DNA of 45,579 nt from Acidimicrobiales bacterium (GTDB lineage: Bacteria; Actinomycetota; Acidimicrobiia; Acidimicrobiales; CADCSY01). The stretch lies in contig JAOBWJ010000185.1 in the NCBI GenBank assembly GCA_025463335.1, forward strand, positions 1 through 45,579. The letters run 5' to 3'. Numbering within the stretch: the first letter of the stretch is position 1; every line of letters starts with the position of its first letter. Shown piece after piece: positions 39,901 through 45,579 of the stretch. Both the position numbers and the translations under genes were made by a program. The notes beneath the pieces are model-generated. The model made no database searches. It had not been told where the DNA came from and was given only the letters and a program-made list of their open reading frames with translations.

Positions 39901-41124
39901 GAGGTCACGATCACCGCCACTCCCGTGGGTCCCGACCGGGTGAAGGTCGTCATCGAGGGCTACGCCCAGGCCACGGTGGTGCTGGGCGACCGGATGCCAC
40001 CGGCCCCGCCGCCATCGCTCGACCCGACCGCCGACGAGGAGCTGTCGCTGATCTCGGCCGCCCGGCTCTACGCCGACCGATGGATGTTCCACGGGCCGAG
40101 CTTCCAGTCGGTGCACGAGGTGACCGCCATCAGCCCGTCGGGCCTCCGGGGTTCGCTGCAGGCCCTGCCGGCCCCCGGCTCCCTGCTCGACGGGGCCGGG
40201 CAGCTCGTCGGCTACTGGGTGATGGCCCGGCTGGCCACCGACCGCGTCGTGCTGCCCACCGGGGTCGACCGGATCGAGCTGTTCGGCCCCGAGCCGGCCC
40301 CGGGCAGCGTGGTCGACTGCGCCGTCGCCATCACGTCGGTGGACGACAGCTCGGTCCGCGCCGACGTCGAGCTGGTCTCGTCGGGCGGGGTCTGGGCGCG
40401 GCTGTCGGGTTGGACCGAGCGCCGGTTCGAGACCGACGGGTCGACGTGGGCGGTCCACCGGTTCCCCGAGTTCAACCTGCTCTCCGAGCCGCGCCGCGGC
40501 GGTTGGGTGCTGACCCGCGAGCGGTGGCGGCGCACCGCATCGCGGGACGTCATCGCCCGCCACTACCTGGCCGGACCGGAGCGGGCCGAGTACGAGCGGC
40601 TGAACCCCCTCGCCCAGCGCCAGTGGCTCCTCGGTCGCGTCGCCGTCAAGGACGCGGTGCGGGACTGGCTGTGGGGCCATGGCGCGGGGCCCGTCTTCCC
40701 GGCCGAGGTGCTGACCGGCCACGACGAGCACGGGGCACCGACCGTGCGGGGGGCGTTCGGCACCGACCTGCACGTGTCGGTGGCCCACCGGGGGTCGCTG
40801 GCGGTGGCCATCGCCCGCGAAGGCGCCCCGGTCGGCATCGACGTCGAGCTCGTGGCCGAACGACCCGAGCGCTTCGCGGAGGTCGCCGCCACTCCGGCCG
40901 AGCGGGCCCTCGCCGGGCTCGAGGGCGAACCGGACATGACCCGGTTGTGGGTGGCCAAGGAGGCTGCCGCCAAGCGCACCCGCGCCGGCCTGCAGCACAA
41001 CCCCAAGCGCTTCGAGGTCACCGGGGTCGACCTGCCGACGCTGGCCGTAGGCGACGTCCAGGTGGAGACCGAAGCCGTCATCGAAGGAGGAGAGACCTAT
41101 GTCGTGGGCTGGACCACACACTGA
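36934..41124 (+). CDS. Type I PKS: KS-AT-DH-PPTase
   Basis: KS VDAACASS, EAHGTAT, IGHAMPAAG; AT FPGLE, GHSVG, GFHS; DH WLADH..., FHGPSFQ, LLDGAGQ; Sfp-like PPTase VGIDVE, WVAKEAAAK; GTGA overlap with PKS1. Confidence 0.92.
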   Translation: MSLAGDEEGAVAIIGMAAVFPGAGDLDAYWSNLLNGVDAIGEVPPQRWDPVFYDPADTGPDRFYCKRGGFVDGLVDFDPTDFSMMPATVDGIEPDQLIALATAAAALDDAGGPEVLTASSRAGVVLGRGGYIGAGQARLDQRTRVAEQLVRSLGELVPSLGHADLAAVRDEFQSRLGPQGGEDAIGLVPNLVASRVANRFDLRGPAFTVDAACASSLVAVDHAVQELQAGRCDLMFAGGVHHCHDLTLWSVFTQLGALSRRGEIRPFDRSADGLLIAEGTGMVVLQRLADAERAGHRIYAVIRGVGVASDGRATSLMRPSPEGEAEAIRRGWDAARLDPATVGLIEAHGTATPIGDEAELSALADVFGPQDGPRVPLGSVKSMIGHAMPAAGMAGLIKTALALHHRVVPPTLHCDEPHPALAATRFRPVTEAEPWAADGGPRRAGVNAFGFGGINAHVVLEEHGVERRAVARARHGQRARTEGSPAAEERVILCAAGDRDELLAQLDAELREVGAAGRLDPAAPLRLAVVDPSPQRIAMARNAVALGEPWRGRLDVWFTPRPLLAAGGKLAFLFPGLEADFSPRMDDVAEQLGRPAPQAAEAAGLGGHGVEVTALGRLLEEALGQLGVEPDLVAGHSVGEWAGMLATGMVPPDQVGDYLAALDPANLRVPDVVFAAAGCGAEQVAAIIDGIDGVVVSHDNCPHQSIVCGPEAAVAAVVARCKARRILCEQLPFRSGFHSPMLEPYLDPIREGLERLSLQPARVPLWSATTCRPYPDDPAAVRQLALRHLVEPVRFRELLLALHDAGARAFVQLGVGSIVGFADDTLRGREYVAVAAASPKRDGRAQLRRVAAALWAEGAPVRMDAPLLGGRPDPGPRSTGSGRRALDLGTRLVSLEGLTLPVAGGDRRPPEARRVVEVVSVERMPWLADHSLFRQRQGWPFLADRHPVVPLTTMIRWMAEAAGAAAPGWEVVGLERVRANRWLAAAPPSEVTITATPVGPDRVKVVIEGYAQATVVLGDRMPPAPPPSLDPTADEELSLISAARLYADRWMFHGPSFQSVHEVTAISPSGLRGSLQALPAPGSLLDGAGQLVGYWVMARLATDRVVLPTGVDRIELFGPEPAPGSVVDCAVAITSVDDSSVRADVELVSSGGVWARLSGWTERRFETDGSTWAVHRFPEFNLLSEPRRGGWVLTRERWRRTASRDVIARHYLAGPERAEYERLNPLAQRQWLLGRVAVKDAVRDWLWGHGAGPVFPAEVLTGHDEHGAPTVRGAFGTDLHVSVAHRGSLAVAIAREGAPVGIDVELVAERPERFAEVAATPAERALAGLEGEPDMTRLWVAKEAAAKRTRAGLQHNPKRFEVTGVDLPTLAVGDVQVETEAVIEGGETYVVGWTTH

Positions 41125-41422
41125 CGGGTCGGGGCCGACCCCGGCCGAGCTGAACCAGGCCACCGCCGAGATCGCCGCGTTGCTCGGCGAGCTCCTCGGC
41201 GAGGACGTGGTCATGGCCATCGGGGTCGAACCCGAATCCTCCCTCGTGGCCGACATCGAGCTGGAGAGCATCGAGTTCGTGGCCCTGGCCGAGATGATCA
41301 GTGAGCGTTACGGGGAGGAGGTCGACTTCGTGGCGTGGATGGCCGACATGGACATCGACGACATCACGGGGCTGACCGTCGGTGCCCTGGCGGCGTTCGT
41401 CGCCGGTGGCCGGCGGCCTTGA
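41099..41422 (+). CDS. Free-standing acyl carrier protein
   Basis: Small acidic protein; DIELESIEFVAL (Ser attachment site), LTVG.L; SD AGGAGG. Confidence 0.85.
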   Translation: MSWAGPHTDGSGPTPAELNQATAEIAALLGELLGEDVVMAIGVEPESSLVADIELESIEFVALAEMISERYGEEVDFVAWMADMDIDDITGLTVGALAAFVAGGRRP

Positions 41423-41426
41423 GTCC

Positions 41427-42302
41427 ATGGCGAACATGGTGGCCAACGGCGTGCGCTTCAACGTCCAGCGTCTCGGCTCGCCCGGGCCGGCGGGCACGAT
41501 CGTCTGCCTCCACGGCCTGCTCCTCGACAACCTGTCGAGCTTCTATTACACGCTCGCCAACCCGCTCGCGAAGGAGATGGAGGTCGTCCTCTACGACCAG
41601 CGGGGCCACGGGAGGAGCGAGCGGCCGCCGAACGGCTACGGCATCGACGACGCGGTGGGTGATCTCGTCGCCCTGCTCGACGCCCTCGCCCCCGAGCCGC
41701 CGCTGTACCTGTGCGGCAACAGCTACGGGTCGCTGGTCGCCCTCGAGCACGAGCTTCGCTTCCCCGGTCGCGTGGACGGGCTGATCCTCATCGAGGCCCA
41801 TCTCGTCCTGCCCACCTGGGGTGAACAGATGGCCGAAACGATCGACCTCGGCTTGTGGACGGTCAACGAGCTGGCTGCCGCCGACGACGACCGCGGTCGG
41901 GTGCGGGCCGATCGCAAGCTGCAGCGCCAGATGGCCGACGCCCGCGAGATGGTGGCGACCACCAGCCTGGTTCACGACCTGCGCTTCGCGCCGCTCACCT
42001 CCCTGGCCTCCCTCGAAGAGGTGGAGTGCCCGGTGCTGGCGCTGTACGGCGAACGCTCGGATGTGGCCCACGTGGGTCGCCTTCTGGCCGAGAGCATGCC
42101 CACGTGCGAGCTGCGGGTGGTCGCTGACAGCGGCCACTCCCTGCTGATGGAGAGCCCCGCGCGCGTGCTGAGCGAGCTGCGGTCGTGGCTCGCCGAGCTC
42201 GCCGACCAGAGGAGAACCTGCGATGGCCCGCTACTTGATCGTCGTCCCCCCGCTCGTCGGCCACATCAACCCGACCCTGTCGGTGGGCCAGCAGCTCCGT
42301 GA
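41427..42302 (+). CDS. Alpha/beta-fold hydrolase (candidate thioesterase/acyltransferase)
   Basis: LHGL, YDQRGHGRS, nucleophile elbow GNSYG, SGH catalytic His. Confidence 0.88.
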   Translation: MANMVANGVRFNVQRLGSPGPAGTIVCLHGLLLDNLSSFYYTLANPLAKEMEVVLYDQRGHGRSERPPNGYGIDDAVGDLVALLDALAPEPPLYLCGNSYGSLVALEHELRFPGRVDGLILIEAHLVLPTWGEQMAETIDLGLWTVNELAAADDDRGRVRADRKLQRQMADAREMVATTSLVHDLRFAPLTSLASLEEVECPVLALYGERSDVAHVGRLLAESMPTCELRVVADSGHSLLMESPARVLSELRSWLAELADQRRTCDGPLLDRRPPARRPHQPDPVGGPAAP

Positions 42303-43392
42303 GCGTCACCACGAGGTGGCGTGGTGCGGCTACCCCGAGCCGCTCACCGAGCTGCTCCCGCCGGGGGCGAAGTTCCTGCCGGTTGGCCCGGAGGTGCCGC
42401 CGTCGTTGGCCCGAGCAGCCCGGGAGTCCGTGGGGCTGCGGGGGCCGATGGCCCTCAAGTTCCTCTGGGAGGGCTTCATCGTCCCCCTCGCCCGGGCCAT
42501 GGTGCCGGGCGTGGCCAGGGCCGTGGAGGCGTTCGAGCCCGACGTCGTGGTGGTCGACCAGCAGGCGCCGGCGGGTGCCATCGTCGCCCGCCAGGCCGGT
42601 GCCGCGTGGGTGACCTCGGCCACGACCTCGGCCGAGCTGGTCGATCCGTTCGCCGGCCTCCCCAAGGTCGCCAACTGGATCGCCGGGTTGCTGCAGGAGC
42701 TGGAGCAGGCGCACGGCGTGGCGCCGGGGGGCATGGCCCGCGACCTCCGCTTCTCCGACCAGCTCCTGCTCGCGTTCACCAGCAAGGCGCTGGTTGGTGA
42801 GCACGCCGGCTTCCCATCCCATTGGGCCTTCGTGGGCCCGGCCGTCGACGGTCGCCCCGAGGAGGTGCCCTTCCCGTACGACGCGCTGTGCCCCGACGTG
42901 CCCAAGATCCTCGTCTCGCTCGGCACCGTCAACGCGGAGGCCGGCACCCGCTTCTTCGGCCAGGTGGTCGAGGCGCTCGGGCGCCTACCCGTGCAGGGGA
43001 TCGTGGTGGCACCGCCCGAGCTCATCGGGGACATCCCGCCCAACGTGCTCGTCTTTCCCCGGGTGCCCCAGCTCGCCCTCCTGCCGCACATCGACGTCGT
43101 CGTGTGCCACGGAGGACACAACACGGTGTGCGAGGCCCTGGCCCACGGCGTGCCTCTCGTGATGGCACCCATCCGGGACGACCAGCCGATCGTGGCCGAC
43201 CAGGTCGTCCGGGCCGGGGCCGGCAAGCGCCTCCGGTTCGGGCGGGTCCAGTCCGACGACCTGGCCCGGGCCATCGTCGCCCTGCTCGACGAGCCGAGGT
43301 ACCGGGAGCGAGCCCGCCGGATCCAACAGTCCTTCCGGACGGCGGGCGGCGCCCCGGCGGCGGCGGACCGACTCGAGGAGCTCGTCGCGTGA
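42223..43392 (+). CDS. GT1 (MGT/UDPGT-like) glycosyltransferase
   Basis: PPLVGHINP, VSLGT, VPQLALL, CHGGHNTVCEAL..GVP, DQP; SD GAGGAG. Confidence 0.92.
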   Translation: MARYLIVVPPLVGHINPTLSVGQQLRERHHEVAWCGYPEPLTELLPPGAKFLPVGPEVPPSLARAARESVGLRGPMALKFLWEGFIVPLARAMVPGVARAVEAFEPDVVVVDQQAPAGAIVARQAGAAWVTSATTSAELVDPFAGLPKVANWIAGLLQELEQAHGVAPGGMARDLRFSDQLLLAFTSKALVGEHAGFPSHWAFVGPAVDGRPEEVPFPYDALCPDVPKILVSLGTVNAEAGTRFFGQVVEALGRLPVQGIVVAPPELIGDIPPNVLVFPRVPQLALLPHIDVVVCHGGHNTVCEALAHGVPLVMAPIRDDQPIVADQVVRAGAGKRLRFGRVQSDDLARAIVALLDEPRYRERARRIQQSFRTAGGAPAAADRLEELVA

Positions 43393-45260
43393 GCGCCGTC
43401 TGTGTGGTGTTCGCCCTCGGCTTGGTGCTCTCAGCCCTCGCTCGCCGGCTCCGCCTGTCGGGCCTCACCGCCCTCGTCTCGCCAGGCCCGGCGGGCTCGG
43501 TCTGGGATCCCGAGTGGCTCCTGGCCAGCGCGGCCGGGGTCGAGGTCGACGAGGCGACCGTCGCGGCCGCCGTGACCCACGCCGAGGCGCGGGGCCTCGA
43601 AGTCCTCGACCTCGTCCCGGGCGACCTGCCCGTCGCCCAGGTCCTCGAGCTGGCCGGCGCCGTCGACACCACCCGCTACCGCGCCGACCGGTTCGCGACC
43701 GGCGCCGGCGCCGGCCAGGCGACGCTGATCCGCCGCCCGGTCCTCGAACGCATCGGCCCGCCAGGTCTCGGTCCCGACCTGAGCAACCTCGACCCGGTGG
43801 CATACGCCTCGTTGCTCCGCGAGCTCAAGCTGGTCGCTTCCGACGCCACCGACCTCGCCATCGCGCCGCGCATGCGGGCCCGGCCGCCGACCATCGCCGA
43901 CCAGCGCCGGCTGCTCGAGGCTCGCACGAGCGCTCCGACCCTGGTCGGCTCCGCCCTCCCCGCGGTGCTGGCCGGGCGCGCCGCGGGCGTCGCGGTGGCC
44001 GCCGCCGGCCTCTGGCTGCGACCGATCGCCGGGATCGCGGTCGTGGCCGCCTACTGCGCGCAGCCGGCCATCGTCATCGCCGGCCGTGGGCTGCGCCCTG
44101 CCGACGGGGTCCGGGCGACGGCGCTCCGCTGGCTGGTCGGCCCCATCCGACTGGCCCGCCTGGCCGTCACCGGCTTCGCCCGCCGGGGCACAGATGTGGG
44201 CCGCGACGCCGGGTTCGGCGATCGCCGAGCCGTCTACGACAAGCTCCTCGCCGAGGGCACCGAGGGGTTCTTCGAACCCCGGCGAGCGACGTGCCCGTGG
44301 TGCGGGGCCGGGGCCCTTCGCCGGGTCCTGCGGACTCGGGACCTCTTCCAGCACAAGCCCGGCGCGTTCACGCTGGATCGATGCCTGCGCTGCAGCCACG
44401 TCTTCCAGAACCCTCGTCTGTCGGAGGACGGGCTGGACTTCTACTACCTCGACTTCTACGACGGCCTCGGCGAGGAGCTGATGGACGGGGTGTTCGCCAC
44501 GACGGTGCACTCCTACGAGGCGCGCGTGGCGTTGCTTGGCTCGGTCGCCACGCCGGAGCGTTGGCTCGACGTCGGCGGCGGGCACGGCCACTTCTGCGCC
44601 GTCGCCCGCGACCGGTGGCCGGAAGCCACGTTCGAGGGGTTGGACCTCGGCGACACGGTGTGGAAGGCGGTCCGCCGCGGCTGGATCGACGCCGCCCACC
44701 AGGGGATGTTCCCCGAGCTCGCCCCCAGCCTCGCCGGCCGGTACGACGTCGTGAGCATGCACCACTACCTCGAGCACACCACCGATCCTCGGGCCGAGCT
44801 CGACGCGGCGGCGATCGCGCTCCGGGTGGGTGGCCATCTGCTCATCGAGCAGCCCGACCCCGAGTTCGGCCTGCGTCGGGTGCTTCGTTCGGCGTGGCTG
44901 CCGTACTTCCAGCCTCAGCACCTGCACCTGGCCAGGGTCGGCAACATCGTCGCCGCGCTCGAGGAGCGAGGCTTCACCGTCGTCGCCGAGGAGCGTGGCG
45001 CCGCCCACCAGGGCGGTGACCTCGCCTTCGCCGTCTTCCTGCTCCTGTCGCGCCTCAGTCGCCCACCCGATCTCCCGTGGCGCCCACCCGGGGGTCGGCT
45101 GCACCGGGTCTGGCACGGCTCCCTCCTGACCGCGCTGCTGCCGTTCTTGGCGCTCGCCGCCCTCGCCGACCGCGTGGTCGCCGTCCCCCTGGCCCGGCGG
45201 GCCCGCCACGGCAATGCCTACCGCCTTGTGGCCCGCCTCGACGACGCGCCCGCCGTCTGA
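43389..45260 (+). CDS. Membrane-associated class I SAM methyltransferase with a CxxC...CxxC zinc motif
   Basis: Hydrophobic N-terminal region; CPWCG...CLRCSHVFQNPR; WLDVGGGHG; YDVVSMHHYLEH; C-terminal TM segments; GTGA overlap. Confidence 0.85.
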   Translation: MSAVCVVFALGLVLSALARRLRLSGLTALVSPGPAGSVWDPEWLLASAAGVEVDEATVAAAVTHAEARGLEVLDLVPGDLPVAQVLELAGAVDTTRYRADRFATGAGAGQATLIRRPVLERIGPPGLGPDLSNLDPVAYASLLRELKLVASDATDLAIAPRMRARPPTIADQRRLLEARTSAPTLVGSALPAVLAGRAAGVAVAAAGLWLRPIAGIAVVAAYCAQPAIVIAGRGLRPADGVRATALRWLVGPIRLARLAVTGFARRGTDVGRDAGFGDRRAVYDKLLAEGTEGFFEPRRATCPWCGAGALRRVLRTRDLFQHKPGAFTLDRCLRCSHVFQNPRLSEDGLDFYYLDFYDGLGEELMDGVFATTVHSYEARVALLGSVATPERWLDVGGGHGHFCAVARDRWPEATFEGLDLGDTVWKAVRRGWIDAAHQGMFPELAPSLAGRYDVVSMHHYLEHTTDPRAELDAAAIALRVGGHLLIEQPDPEFGLRRVLRSAWLPYFQPQHLHLARVGNIVAALEERGFTVVAEERGAAHQGGDLAFAVFLLLSRLSRPPDLPWRPPGGRLHRVWHGSLLTALLPFLALAALADRVVAVPLARRARHGNAYRLVARLDDAPAV

Positions 45261-45350
45261 CGTCCGAGCCCTCGAAGGCGCACACCTAGGCGAGCGAGCC
45301 CACGTGATAGCGCCCCTTCGGTGGGGGTCGGTGAAAAGCAAAGACGCTCC

Positions 45351-45396
45351 CAGGGCGAGGGCCGCATTGCTCACGTCGGTGCGGCCGTTCGCCCTG
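45351..45396. terminator. Long GC hairpin, possible terminator
   Basis: CAGGGCGA-G-GGCCGCA ... TGCGGCC-GT-TCGCCCTG; no clear U-tract. Confidence 0.4.
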
Positions 45397-45417
45397 AGTT
45401 CTGGGCAGTTCTTGGGG

Positions 45418-45579
45418 GGCGGTCTCAACCGGTGTGCGCAAGAAGCTCGGACAGCCGTTCCGATGGTTTCATGAATCCGAGGGTTTCGCGGGGTCGGTTG
45501 TTCAGGCTGCGGGCGAAGCGGTCGAGGTCGGCTTCGCTGAGCAGGGACAGGTCGGTGGCTTTGGGCATGTATTGGCGTA
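45418..45579 (-). mobile_element. IS30-family insertion sequence, right end (partial)
   Basis: Transposase C-terminus ends inside a probable terminal IR, GGCGGTCTCAACCGGTGTGCGCAA (45418-45441). Confidence 0.85.
45425..45579 (-). CDS. IS30-family transposase, C-terminal fragment
   Basis: Own translation ..RQYMPKATDLSLLSEADLDRFARSLNNRPRETLGFMKPSERLSELLAHTG*; RQY.PK and LN.RPR..LG are IS30 signatures. Confidence 0.9.
   Translation of the reverse strand, partial: RQYMPKATDLSLLSEADLDRFARSLNNRPRETLGFMKPSERLSELLAHTG

Noticed and set aside
29903-41124. Enediyne PKS (PksE) cluster
   Set aside because: Shares the C-terminal PPTase, but the domains are split over two KS-containing proteins, ER domains are present, and no enediyne cassette genes (E10 thioesterase, E3/E4/E5) are adjacent.
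29903-41422. Canonical EPA/DHA pfaABCDE synthase
   Set aside because: Only one integral ACP instead of tandem ACPs, no KS-CLF pair, no recognisable FabA-type DH pair; GT and MT tailoring genes are present.

Overview
High-GC actinobacterial window. An Acidimicrobiia-like origin is inferred from gene content and codon style and was not verified. The left ~24 kb is mostly core metabolism: otsB/otsA, glycerate kinase, CIRCE-controlled groEL, a SpoIID/LytB protein, coproheme decarboxylase, larE, a GlnR-boxed amtB, a CoA-disulfide reductase-glnD-NUDIX-VOC run with no glnK, an M1 peptidase, PAC2, and a CBS-fused citrate synthase. The right ~21 kb looks accessory. It carries a hot-dog thioesterase, a MalT-like LuxR regulator, an ArsR/SRPBCC pair, a BCP peroxiredoxin and an atypical orphan response regulator. 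It then carries a tightly coupled ~15.4 kb PUFA-synthase-like iterative type I PKS operon: ER-ER-KS-AT-ACP-KR; KS-AT-DH-PPTase; free ACP; alpha/beta hydrolase; GT1 glycosyltransferase; membrane SAM methyltransferase. The 3' end of an IS30-family element closes the window. The PKS operon, probably making a glycosylated/methylated lipid of unknown structure, is the best candidate for an uncharacterised system. Several small genes missing from the ORF track and many leaderless or bidirectional promoters were also found. All calls come from motif recognition by eye; no database searches were run.
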